Shown here in pieces: positions 19,286 through 28,893 of a stretch of 64,000 bases of DNA. Made by a program: the position numbers and the translations under genes. How positions within the stretch are numbered: position 1 is the first letter of the stretch; every line of letters begins with the position of its first letter. Source of the stretch: Candidatus Yonathbacteria bacterium RIFCSPLOWO2_01_FULL_43_27 (GTDB lineage Bacteria; Patescibacteriota; Minisyncoccia; Phycocordibacterales; UBA1550). The notes beneath the pieces were generated by a model. That model did no database searches, was not told the origin of the DNA, and worked only from the letters and a program-made list of their open reading frames with translations. The DNA is taken from the NCBI GenBank assembly GCA_001823545.1, contig MHUV01000006.1, positions 27,437 through 91,436 of the forward strand, read 5' to 3'.

Positions 19286-20278
19286 CTAAATTTTTGTAAC
19301 TGCCTTTATCTTATCACTAAGGAGGAGCTTCACGACCCGTTCGCCGGCGTGAATATCGAGAGAATGTTTTACGGACCCGTCTTTTATTAATTGTACAAAA
19401 TGCTTCAACTCTTCGACATATCTCTTGTTTGGCTCAAAAGAATATTTTTGCACCAAGGATTGCTCCCCTGGAAGCTCCACCGTGATTTCATGTGCTATAA
19501 AATCAACCTCTATCGTCCCCTTTTCCCCAACGACGACCATGTAACTCTTTGATATTCTCTGCAAAAAATCTGTTTGGCACATCACCACAATATTGCGATC
19601 CGTCTTCATGAGACAAAAAACGCTATCGTCTACGTCCATTTCCAAATCGCTCAGCCGTGCTCTCCATCCTGAGAGTTCTTCTATCTCGCCAAAGAGCCAC
19701 CCCATAGAATCAAACAAATGACTCATACTGGTAAACAGCGCGCCACCACCGAGTTTCTTCTGCGCCGCATATTCTGTTCGGTAATCCATCGTCGGATGCC
19801 AGTCCGGTAAATACTGACCACTCAACAAGTTCACGTGATAGATCTCTCCTATCACACCATCTTCAAAAAGTTTCTTCACAGACAAATAACCCTCATGGAA
19901 TCTATACGATTGCCCCATCATTACCACGACATTTTTTGACTCAATTGTTCTTATGAGGTCATCTATTCCCTCAAACGCCGTAGCAAGTGGCTTTTCAATA
20001 AAAATATGTATTCCTTTCTCGGCGAGGAATTGTGCATTTTCAATATGAAATTGAGACGGCGTGGCGATTATTGCTGCAGTAATCTCAGGATTGTCTTCAC
20101 ACGCTTTTTTGTAATCCTCATAAAACTTTTCTGAATCTGTTTCCTCGGCAAGTTTTTTGGCGCGCTCAATATCGACATCACACACAATCGTACGCAAACC
20201 CAAAAAGCGCGCATTCTGCGCATGTCGACGGCCAATTGATCCGGCACCAATAATAAGAAATATCCCTTCCATATTCAT
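19286..20278 (-). CDS. Gfo/Idh/MocA-family NAD(P)-dependent oxidoreductase
   Basis: N-terminal Rossmann LIIGAGSIGRRHAQN, and a C-terminal Gfo/Idh/MocA domain. Confidence 0.8.
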   Translation of the reverse strand: MNMEGIFLIIGAGSIGRRHAQNARFLGLRTIVCDVDIERAKKLAEETDSEKFYEDYKKACEDNPEITAAIIATPSQFHIENAQFLAEKGIHIFIEKPLATAFEGIDDLIRTIESKNVVVMMGQSYRFHEGYLSVKKLFEDGVIGEIYHVNLLSGQYLPDWHPTMDYRTEYAAQKKLGGGALFTSMSHLFDSMGWLFGEIEELSGWRARLSDLEMDVDDSVFCLMKTDRNIVVMCQTDFLQRISKSYMVVVGEKGTIEVDFIAHEITVELPGEQSLVQKYSFEPNKRYVEELKHFVQLIKDGSVKHSLDIHAGERVVKLLLSDKIKAVTKI

Positions 20279-20280
20279 AT

Positions 20281-21618
20281 CTAGTTTAACCGAGCGAATC
20301 CAGTGTGGGCTACCGGACCTCTCAGGCGTTTTTCGACCGTATTCGTATCAAGAGCCTCTTTCAAGATTTTGAATACTTCATCGACGGCCTTTTCGTACTT
20401 CTTTAAAATTGCATCCGTGTGTGCATAACTCGCAAAAACCATATTTGAAGCAAGAAACCCTCTCTGGAGCATCTCTTGAATGAACAGAGTTTTAAGTGCT
20501 TGATGTTTATCGCCATGCGCAAAGGTAAAATTACTAAATGGAGGTAGACCACCAGTTGTAATAGATAGACCATTCTTTTTAGCCTTATCGCTCCAGATTT
20601 TTTTGACCTTATTCCCAATAATTTGAAGCTTTTTCGCAACATTCAATCGTTTCATTTTTTTCAATGTTGCAAGCGCCGCCACAGGACCGAGTCTTTCTGT
20701 CCAGTTGGTGCTGGAAATAAATGTTACCTGTGCTGACTGCATTACTTCACGAGTACCGATGATTGCCGCCATCGCAAAACCGTTGCTGATAGCTTTTGCA
20801 AAAACTGCGATGTCAGGGTTAACACCATATAAGAGATGTGATCCTCCAAAATTCATCTTCCAACCGATACTCACTTCATCAAAAATAAGGACTGCGCCCG
20901 TCTTGTCTGCGATAGCGCGAACTTTCTTGAGAAAATCATCCTTAGGCTCCGCATTTTTCATCGGCTCTAAAACAATGACGCCTAACTCTTTGCCATGATT
21001 TGCCACAATATCCTCAAGCTCTTCAATGTGGTTAAAATGGAAAGGAAGTAAGGTACCTTTCAACCCACGTGGCACACCGCGTGGCTCTAGGCCAGGGAGA
21101 AGGTGCCCATCTAGGTTTTTATCATCAGACAAATTTGCCGAAAGATACCAATCAGCCCAGCCATGATACCCACAAAAAGCAACTTTATCTTTGCCTGTAA
21201 AAGCTCTCGCGATACGGATTGCGATAGCCATCGCCTCTCCTCCAGATCGAGCATACCTGACCATTTTTGCCCAAGGGTGAATTTTACAAAGCATTTCAGC
21301 AAGCTCCACTTCCTCAGGTGCGTTCAGGGTTGAGACCACCCCATTGTCAATTGCCTTTTTTACTGCCTTGTTGACATCAGAGTCAGCATAACCAAGGAGA
21401 GAACTCCCCACGCCCATAATAGACATATCAATAAATTTATTCCCATCCAAATCCCACACTTCAGCACCTTTAGCTTTTGTGTAATAGGATGGCCATCCAT
21501 TTGGAAGAAACATTTCAGAACGCTTGGAAAGAAGCTGATTCCCTCCAGGAATTATTTGCTTTGCTTTTTCCCAAAGTGCCTGTCCTTTTTTTGTACTTAC
21601 TATTTTTTGTTTTTTCAT
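20281..21618 (-). CDS. Class III PLP-dependent aminotransferase (GSA-aminomutase-like)
   Basis: ARSGGEAMAIAIRIARAFTG...; PLP-lysine region FDEVSIGW... typical of class III aminotransferases. Confidence 0.8.
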   Translation of the reverse strand: MKKQKIVSTKKGQALWEKAKQIIPGGNQLLSKRSEMFLPNGWPSYYTKAKGAEVWDLDGNKFIDMSIMGVGSSLLGYADSDVNKAVKKAIDNGVVSTLNAPEEVELAEMLCKIHPWAKMVRYARSGGEAMAIAIRIARAFTGKDKVAFCGYHGWADWYLSANLSDDKNLDGHLLPGLEPRGVPRGLKGTLLPFHFNHIEELEDIVANHGKELGVIVLEPMKNAEPKDDFLKKVRAIADKTGAVLIFDEVSIGWKMNFGGSHLLYGVNPDIAVFAKAISNGFAMAAIIGTREVMQSAQVTFISSTNWTERLGPVAALATLKKMKRLNVAKKLQIIGNKVKKIWSDKAKKNGLSITTGGLPPFSNFTFAHGDKHQALKTLFIQEMLQRGFLASNMVFASYAHTDAILKKYEKAVDEVFKILKEALDTNTVEKRLRGPVAHTGFARLN

Positions 21619-21628
21619 ATTTTTTAAA

Positions 21629-22768
21629 TTACAACTGTTTGTTTATTTCTCTGATTACCTTGATTATTTTAGTCTGATCTTTTTGAGAAAGAGCAGGGAA
21701 AATAGGTATGGAAATTTCTGATTCTGAAAATAGTTCAGCATTTGGACAAAGACCTTTTTTATACCCCCGCGCCTCATAGTACGGATGCCGGTAAACCGGG
21801 ATGTAGTGCACTTGAACGCCGATCCCCGCTTTCTGTAACTCATTAAAGCAGAAATCCCGCAGGTGTTTCTTTTCGGGAGCGAGGCGCAATGGAAATAAGT
21901 GCCAACTTGAAGTGCGATCGGAAAACGTTTTTGGTATGACAAAATTCTGAAGATTTTCTAACTCTTTCTGATAGCGATGTGCGATCTCTCCCCTTCTCGA
22001 TACAAAAAAATCCAATTTCTTCATCTGGCTCACCCCTAACGCAGCTTGAATATCAGTGATACGATAATTGTATCCCAGATCATGCATTTCATGGTACCAT
22101 GCGGGATTTTTTTTGTTAATAAGTTTCTTTGTATCCTTAGTGATGCCGTGACTGCGAAACAGCAACAATTTCTCGTAGTACTCCTTATTATTTGTGACAA
22201 TCGCTCCTCCTTCGCCCGTTGTGATTGATTTCAATGGATGAAAACTGAACATTGTCATATCGGCATGTGCGCCGACTTTTTTCTTTCCATACGACGCACC
22301 CAATGCATGCGCCGCGTCTTCAATAAAAACTAGCTTGTGCTTTTTTGCGATCTTCTTGAGTGCAGAAATATCCACCGGCAATCCCGCATAGTCAACTCCG
22401 ACAATCACTTTTGTTCTCTTAGTTATCTTTTTTTCTACGGTGCGTGGATCAAGATTACCCGTTGCAATTTCGATGTCAGCAAAAACAGGGACTGCTCCTA
22501 CAGCAACCAACATGTTTGCAGTAGCCGCAAACGTAAGTGGCGACGTGATCACCTCATCACCCGCATGGAGACCAGCCGCATAATACGCAGCATGGAGCGC
22601 TGCCGTGCCGGAAGAGAACGAAACGGCATATGTTGAGCCACAATACTGTGCAATTGATTCTTCAAATTCTTTGACCTTTGGACCCTGCGTAATAAACGGT
22701 GACTTCAAAACCTTTATAACTTCTTGAATATCATCTTTATCAACCCATTGGCGCGAATATGGAATCAT
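21629..22768 (-). CDS. DegT/DnrJ/EryC1/StrS-family sugar aminotransferase (PseC-like)
   Basis: FSFHPLKSITTGEGGAIVTNN is the family signature around the PLP lysine. Confidence 0.85.
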   Translation of the reverse strand: MIPYSRQWVDKDDIQEVIKVLKSPFITQGPKVKEFEESIAQYCGSTYAVSFSSGTAALHAAYYAAGLHAGDEVITSPLTFAATANMLVAVGAVPVFADIEIATGNLDPRTVEKKITKRTKVIVGVDYAGLPVDISALKKIAKKHKLVFIEDAAHALGASYGKKKVGAHADMTMFSFHPLKSITTGEGGAIVTNNKEYYEKLLLFRSHGITKDTKKLINKKNPAWYHEMHDLGYNYRITDIQAALGVSQMKKLDFFVSRRGEIAHRYQKELENLQNFVIPKTFSDRTSSWHLFPLRLAPEKKHLRDFCFNELQKAGIGVQVHYIPVYRHPYYEARGYKKGLCPNAELFSESEISIPIFPALSQKDQTKIIKVIREINKQL

Positions 22769-23748
22769 ATCTTCAATATCTTTTTGACATCTTTTACAGG
22801 AAGAAGAAAATCTGGGCTATCACTGCTATATACAGCCTCCAACGGGAAGTGTTTTTTATTTGCAAAAGAATTTTTGGTAGCCCAGCTTACAAACTCAGGC
22901 AAAATAGCAAACATCGTTCCGAGGTCTCTCGTGCGATCAGACTCATGTTTAGTAAGGAGTTTTTCATGAAGCTTTTCACCAGGGCGGATACCGACAACCT
23001 TCAATTTACACTCAGGGGCAAGTGTCTTTAAAACATCTACAACTTGCAAACTCTTCATCTTTGGAATAAAAATCTCTCCACCTTCCATGTGATCAAGAAT
23101 ATTGATAACCATCTCCATAACATCCTGTATATGGATCCAGAAACGAGTCATGCGCTCGTCAGTAAGAGTCAAAACTCCGGTGGCACGCTGTTTTTCAACA
23201 AGCTCGATAACACTTCCTCGACTGCCGATGACATTTCCATATCGGACGACCGAAAGCTTTGTATTTCCTTTGCCTCGGTATGAGTTTGAAGCGACAGTTA
23301 ATCGTTCAGCGACAAGTTTTGTTGCACCATAAAGATTGATCGGCTCAACTGCTTTGTCGGATGACACAACGAGCACCTTATCGACTTCACAGTTAACTGC
23401 GGCATCCACCACATTTTGCGTTCCATTAATGTTTGTCTTGACCGCTTCAAGGGGATTATATTCAGTAGCAGGAACCTGTTTCAAGGCGGCAGCATGGATC
23501 ACAATATTAACGCCCGAAAATGCTCGTTCCAATCTTGGTAAATCGCGGACATCACCCAAAAAGAAGTTTAGTCTTTTATCCTTAAAATCACGCGACATTT
23601 CATTCTGCTTAAATTCATCTCTGCTTAGGACGATGACTTTCGCCACGCTTTTGTTTGCAAGAATTCGCGTTACAAAAGCGCGCCCAAACGTGCCCGTTCC
23701 GCCTGTTACCAAGATCGTTTTACCACTTAAATAATCTTTTTTATTCAT
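22765..23748 (-). CDS. pseB: UDP-GlcNAc 4,6-dehydratase (inverting), PseB/FlaA1/CapD-like SDR
   Basis: LSGKTILVTGGTGTFGRAF...VIVLSRDEFKQNEM...FFLGDVRD matches PseB/FlaA1 closely. A 4-nt overlap with the downstream aminotransferase suggests an operon. Confidence 0.8.
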   Translation of the reverse strand: MNKKDYLSGKTILVTGGTGTFGRAFVTRILANKSVAKVIVLSRDEFKQNEMSRDFKDKRLNFFLGDVRDLPRLERAFSGVNIVIHAAALKQVPATEYNPLEAVKTNINGTQNVVDAAVNCEVDKVLVVSSDKAVEPINLYGATKLVAERLTVASNSYRGKGNTKLSVVRYGNVIGSRGSVIELVEKQRATGVLTLTDERMTRFWIHIQDVMEMVINILDHMEGGEIFIPKMKSLQVVDVLKTLAPECKLKVVGIRPGEKLHEKLLTKHESDRTRDLGTMFAILPEFVSWATKNSFANKKHFPLEAVYSSDSPDFLLPVKDVKKILKI

Positions 23749-23779
23749 GTTGGGATTATATAGGAATGGACAATCTTGG

Positions 23780-25696
23780 TCAATCTCTCAATGCCTCGAG
23801 AAAAACGGCCGTACGTTCGGCAGATTTTCCATCAAAAGAGAAGTTCTTTTTAAGGAAATTATTTGCATTATTAACAAGAGTTACTGCTTCGGCAGGGTTC
23901 GAAACAAGCGTACGCATACACTGAACAAGTTCCTCTTTTGTTCTTGCAATTCGTAGAGCGCACGCCTCCTCATACGGTAGAAAATGTGATTCCATCAGCA
24001 CGAGGTCATTCTTATCAAAACCGACGAGGACAACCGGTTTTTCCGCAATCATCGTCTCAAGAACAACGGTTGAAAAACTGGAAGCAACAACGTTAGCAAT
24101 ACTTATCAATTCATGCAGGTTTTCATATTGGGCGATACAACACCTTTCACCAAATGCCTCCTTGAGGGAGCGCTTGAGAAAATATTCTGTAGCGGGTCCC
24201 GGGCGTATTTTTATGATCACTTGCAGTCCTTCGATGCACCTGGTTGCCTCAGCAATATTTTTGAACAGACGAAGCATACTATAGGTGTCATGCGTCTGTC
24301 CCAAAACGATATCCGTGGCGATATACAAAAGAACCGGCCGTTCAGGATCAATATTAAGCTTTTTTCTCAGTTTACTTTTTATCTCCTCACTAATCGTTTT
24401 ATTTCGATACTGATCAAAGCGAGGTGAGCCAATATCAAGAACTTTTAAATTAGTGCCATGTACACCCTCTATTTCTTTTTTGATTAAAGGTCCATACGAA
24501 GCAAGGGTGTCCGCATTTTTATATACGCTCAAAGAAAACTCCCCTGAACATTCCAGCCCATGCTGTAATTCTATGGCAGGAATACTCATTTTGTGTGCAA
24601 CAAGACCAAGTATAGGAAAATGGATCTGCCCACTCTGGCTTGCTCTCAAGATAACCGAACCTATTCCTTGTTTCTTAAAAATTCGCTCAGTCGCTTCTAT
24701 CGCCTCTACGGTATCTTTAGAAAATGAAGTCACCAGATGTTCGTATGCTGGACGGACAACTTCCCAAAAATTTATTCCGTACCACATAAATTGTTGAGAA
24801 AAACGTGAATGTTCATCGAGCGTCTGCCACATTTGTTCATAGAATTGACGCTTCTTTTCCGCACGATGTCGCATAAAGATAGTGGAATAGTCTCGCGGAT
24901 GATTGAAACGGATCTTATACTTCCAAAGATACTCCCTAGCGTTTTGTACCTCTTTGCGTTCCATCATAGTGACCTCAACGTCATTCATTTTTGTAATAAA
25001 TGAATCAATATGCCACCAATAATCACTCACAAAAATTTTCATCGCGGTTCGCTTACGAAAGAGTGCGATAATACTACTAAAGATCTTGATCAATCGAATA
25101 AAAACGCCTCTCGTGAATGATTGTTTGAACCTGCGCAATCCGCCCCGCAATATCACGTCCGGCGTACACGGAATAATATGCAGTGATATTCCTTTCTTCT
25201 GCGCCAAAAACGCCATCATGTCTATACCCACACGAACCTCAAAAATCGCCAATTGACCGACCGTTGAAGGTAGCTTCATTAACGATTCCGGAATGTAGAC
25301 TGTTTCTATATTTTTAAATTGCCCGAGAATAAAATCGAATATGTCCAAGTGGTACAAAACCCTGAGCACGTACTCCCCGAAAGAATAGCCAATTATTTTG
25401 CCGAGGTGTATGCCGTTATGTTCAAAAAAATTAAATTCAGCGTCAGTATACATCTGTCGCATTATTCCTGAGACCAGTAGACCTCGCTCTTTAAGCGAAC
25501 TTCTCGCAGAATAATCCATCATAGAATGGAAAGGTATCCCTCGATCACGCAATGCAAGTTCAATTCCGTAATCAATGGGAACAATGACAGGACCGTGTCC
25601 ACTTTTAATTTTTTCGGCGCCAAAGTGTGCGAGCACAATATCAATGTGTCCTATTTCATAGAGAATAATCAGTGTTTTTCCATTAGTTGTATTCAT
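23780..25696 (-). CDS. Large (638 aa) putative glycosyltransferase. Possibly a nonulosonic acid transferase (GT-B-like C-terminal half). Family unresolved.
   Basis: C-terminal VVASSFSTVVLETMIAEKPVV resembles GT-B/TagF/KpsS-like nucleotide-sugar binding. Immediately adjacent to the nonulosonate cluster. Confidence 0.35.
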   Translation of the reverse strand: MNTTNGKTLIILYEIGHIDIVLAHFGAEKIKSGHGPVIVPIDYGIELALRDRGIPFHSMMDYSARSSLKERGLLVSGIMRQMYTDAEFNFFEHNGIHLGKIIGYSFGEYVLRVLYHLDIFDFILGQFKNIETVYIPESLMKLPSTVGQLAIFEVRVGIDMMAFLAQKKGISLHIIPCTPDVILRGGLRRFKQSFTRGVFIRLIKIFSSIIALFRKRTAMKIFVSDYWWHIDSFITKMNDVEVTMMERKEVQNAREYLWKYKIRFNHPRDYSTIFMRHRAEKKRQFYEQMWQTLDEHSRFSQQFMWYGINFWEVVRPAYEHLVTSFSKDTVEAIEATERIFKKQGIGSVILRASQSGQIHFPILGLVAHKMSIPAIELQHGLECSGEFSLSVYKNADTLASYGPLIKKEIEGVHGTNLKVLDIGSPRFDQYRNKTISEEIKSKLRKKLNIDPERPVLLYIATDIVLGQTHDTYSMLRLFKNIAEATRCIEGLQVIIKIRPGPATEYFLKRSLKEAFGERCCIAQYENLHELISIANVVASSFSTVVLETMIAEKPVVLVGFDKNDLVLMESHFLPYEEACALRIARTKEELVQCMRTLVSNPAEAVTLVNNANNFLKKNFSFDGKSAERTAVFLEALRD

Positions 25697-25704
25697 ATAT
25701 ATTT

Positions 25705-26760
25705 TCAGACGAGCATTTTTCTCACACCCTCATAAATAGACTCTTCAGGTATGTCGATCATGCATTTATAGTATCGTTCTCCTCCTATTTGATACAGACA
25801 GTTTCCACCCTTCTGCCCATCACAGGTGCAGTTTTTACGTTCCGTGAGAATAGTAGCATTTTTATTATAGAAAGGGAGCCAGCAAGGATTTGAAAGATTG
25901 CCGATTACAACACTCCGTTTTTGCAAAACACCAGCAAGGTGAGTTATCCCTGTATCAACACCTACATACCCACGAGAACCATCGATAATATTTGCGAGTT
26001 CCACCATAGAAAGTTTTCCTGCGAGGGTAACAGCTGAATCCGGAGATACACCAGCATTGAATATTGTTTGAATAAACACGTCATCTTGTATGCTTCCCGT
26101 AACGACAATTTTCGTCTCCGGAAAATGGTGCGTAATGTACTGAAAAATATTCACCCACCGCGACGTCGGCAAACTACGAGCAAAACTAGAAGCACAGGGA
26201 TGAATGACAACGTATGAATCACGTGTTAACCCGTAGCGTTCAAAAATATCCGTAATGGCAACGAAACGATACAAAGGTACCGCTGGAGAAATCTCAATGC
26301 CATGCGCACGAACAAGATGTACAAGATTTTCATAAACTGACAGATGATAATCAAAAACGACTACACCCTCTTTCTTTGATTTACCTTGTGGTGCTTTCTG
26401 AAGAAAATGCAGATGAACACTTCCAGGGTGCACAACCAGGAGACGCGCAAGGAGCCACACAAAAAAGGGAATCTTTTTAAATACACCCTGATTTATTACC
26501 AAGTTTTTCTTCCATGCCATACGTGCCAGCAATGTTGAAGCATGCAAAAAATTTCGGCGGTTTACCTCACGTATCTTAATGTGCGGATATGCGGAAAAAA
26601 GTTCTCGCAGGAGTGAGGTGTTGCGAGGGGTAATGATTGTAATATCGCTTTTTTGTAATATGTTACTAACACTATCAGCGCAAAGCCCTGCCATGAGAAA
26701 ATCTCCAATAGCGCCATTGGTAAACAATATTACATTGTCATATGCTCCAGTTACATGCAT
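25705..26760 (-). CDS. Glycosyltransferase family 9 (heptosyltransferase-like)
   Basis: YVGVDTGITHLAGVL corresponds to the GT9 signature (GNDSGPMHLAAAL). Confidence 0.7.
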   Translation of the reverse strand: MHVTGAYDNVILFTNGAIGDFLMAGLCADSVSNILQKSDITIITPRNTSLLRELFSAYPHIKIREVNRRNFLHASTLLARMAWKKNLVINQGVFKKIPFFVWLLARLLVVHPGSVHLHFLQKAPQGKSKKEGVVVFDYHLSVYENLVHLVRAHGIEISPAVPLYRFVAITDIFERYGLTRDSYVVIHPCASSFARSLPTSRWVNIFQYITHHFPETKIVVTGSIQDDVFIQTIFNAGVSPDSAVTLAGKLSMVELANIIDGSRGYVGVDTGITHLAGVLQKRSVVIGNLSNPCWLPFYNKNATILTERKNCTCDGQKGGNCLYQIGGERYYKCMIDIPEESIYEGVRKMLV

Positions 26761-26769
26761 AGCTACAAA

Positions 26770-27684
26770 TTATCCATAGAACCGCCAATTTCTAAACTTA
26801 AGCAACAAAGGATACAGAGGGAGTCTCCTCACCGTGTCTTTGAGAGAACGGATGACCTTGCGCTCGTCTATTTTTGCAGGATAATACCTCTTTCTTCGAG
26901 GAACTATTTGAATATCTTCTGATCGAATTTTCTTCTTATGCCACAACAGCGTATCACAGCCGGACAATACGAGCGTCCCATCATAAAGCTGGAATAACCG
27001 CGTATACGCACTTTTGTCTGTATAGAGACTCTCTGGGGAGTTATTCTTAATCCCAAACATAGGGAATAATTCCTTCTTCACAAAAATTGCGTTCACGCCA
27101 ACAACACAGACAAGCTCATATCCTTTTTGTTTTCCCATCCTGAAGAGTGAAAGGAGTGATGATCCTTGAAAAATATTCATGTCGCGTGGTTGCACAAAAT
27201 CAATATCGTTGGGGATGCTAGGATTAAATTCAATGATTGCCACACGTGGCGAATAGTTAACAAGGGACTCCCAAAGATGATACTCATTTCCATCAATATC
27301 AAGGGATAACAAATCAAACTCCTTTGGGATCTGCGTGTGCGAGAAAATCTTATCCAATGAATGTTCACCTTCAAAACTTACAAACTCGTTGACGCACGCA
27401 ATATTCTTTTTGCCCTCATACAGCGCTTGGAGTTTTTTATAATTCGTAATGTCGGCTTCTATCAAGACTCCAGACCAACCTTTGTTATTAAGTAGGTCCC
27501 ACACATTACTATCGTGAACACCATTTAATGCTCCAAGTTCGACACACCATTTGTTAGTCTCACCGATTATACTGAATATTTTCTCGATGATACCATCCTC
27601 TCCAAACTGAGAAGTTACCTTCTTTCGATAATCAAGAAGCCAGTCATTCTTTATTTGTGAATTAGAATTATTTTTATCAATCAT
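26770..27684 (-). CDS. FkbM-family methyltransferase
   Basis: CVELGALNGV...GVLIEAD and FDLLSLDIDGNEYHLW...PRVAIIEFN match the FkbM domain pattern. Confidence 0.55.
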   Translation of the reverse strand: MIDKNNSNSQIKNDWLLDYRKKVTSQFGEDGIIEKIFSIIGETNKWCVELGALNGVHDSNVWDLLNNKGWSGVLIEADITNYKKLQALYEGKKNIACVNEFVSFEGEHSLDKIFSHTQIPKEFDLLSLDIDGNEYHLWESLVNYSPRVAIIEFNPSIPNDIDFVQPRDMNIFQGSSLLSLFRMGKQKGYELVCVVGVNAIFVKKELFPMFGIKNNSPESLYTDKSAYTRLFQLYDGTLVLSGCDTLLWHKKKIRSEDIQIVPRRKRYYPAKIDERKVIRSLKDTVRRLPLYPLLLKFRNWRFYG

Positions 27685-28832
27685 ATATTTTTCTTTATAA
27701 ACTCTAAAATATCTTTTGCTCTATTTTGCCAAGTAAAATCTTTTGCCTTAATCACCGCGGCGGCAATTTTCTTGTCTATCACCTCGGAATTACTAACAGC
27801 AAGCTCCATTTTTTTGGCTAAATCTTTTGGATTATCAGGCTCATAAAAAACAACCTCTTCATCAGAAACAATATCTTGAATGGCAGGCGTCCTACTAGCT
27901 ACTATCCCCCGCCCCATTGCCAAATACTCAAATACCTTCATTGGTGAAGTGTAATAGTATGATTGCGTATCATGTTTTGTACCTAGAACAAGGAGGGTGT
28001 CCGCAGCAGAAAGCCATACAGGGACCTCCGTATATAATTTCCCTCCGACAAATACCATATTTGAGGGCAACTCTTTCCTTTTAGCAACGGACAAAAATTC
28101 ATTCTTTGTCCCTCCTACAATATACACAAAAATATTCTGCGGAAGCTCCTTCGCAGCGTCAATAAGAACGTCCAACCCTTTCCATCCATAGAATCTCCCG
28201 CAATACATTACAATCTTAATCTCTTTAGGTAATGACAAACTACGTCTCGCGTCATCTTTTGGAATACTATGAAATAGTTCAAGGTCGATGCCGTTCGGCC
28301 ATACGAGCATTCTGTTTTCTGAAAATGACATGACCTTCGCTATCTGTTTTTTAATAATATTATTGATGACAATGACTCCGTTAACATGCTTAAAAAATAT
28401 TTTATTTACAAGCGACGTTGCTTTTCCTCCATGTGTCTCAAGGAAACAAGGCATGCCCAAGAATGCACTTACCGCGAACGAGAATGTATCCATGTCTATC
28501 GTGTAAATAACACCTCGTTTCCCTTGGCATCTTTTTAAGAAAATGTATACGAAATATGAAATTGTAAAACTCACGCCACTTAAAAAGTACCCCCATCTCC
28601 CACGCGCATAGAGGTCAAGGGATGGTAATCTCGTCACGCAAAGCGATGGGCGAAGCTTGTAGTAATCCTTGATATCATCAACCATACCTTTTTGTCGCGG
28701 TATGACAAGTTCCAAGTCCACACCCTCCTCAATAAAAGCCTCGCACATTTTGGCGATTTGAATAGCATATGCTTTTTTGTGAGGCATTCGCGCGTTGGCA
28801 ATATAATACAATTTCATACCTTTATAACTCAA
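27681..28832 (-). CDS. Glycosyltransferase family 4 (GT-B, retaining)
   Basis: C-terminal Glycos_transf_1 motif: SPMKVFEYLAMGRGIVAS. Confidence 0.8.
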   Translation of the reverse strand: MSYKGMKLYYIANARMPHKKAYAIQIAKMCEAFIEEGVDLELVIPRQKGMVDDIKDYYKLRPSLCVTRLPSLDLYARGRWGYFLSGVSFTISYFVYIFLKRCQGKRGVIYTIDMDTFSFAVSAFLGMPCFLETHGGKATSLVNKIFFKHVNGVIVINNIIKKQIAKVMSFSENRMLVWPNGIDLELFHSIPKDDARRSLSLPKEIKIVMYCGRFYGWKGLDVLIDAAKELPQNIFVYIVGGTKNEFLSVAKRKELPSNMVFVGGKLYTEVPVWLSAADTLLVLGTKHDTQSYYYTSPMKVFEYLAMGRGIVASRTPAIQDIVSDEEVVFYEPDNPKDLAKKMELAVSNSEVIDKKIAAAVIKAKDFTWQNRAKDILEFIKKNI

Positions 28833-28893
28833 TTTTTTGAAAGTATACCACGAACGCCCTACCCCCGACAGTCCCCGAATAACCCCACCAAAA

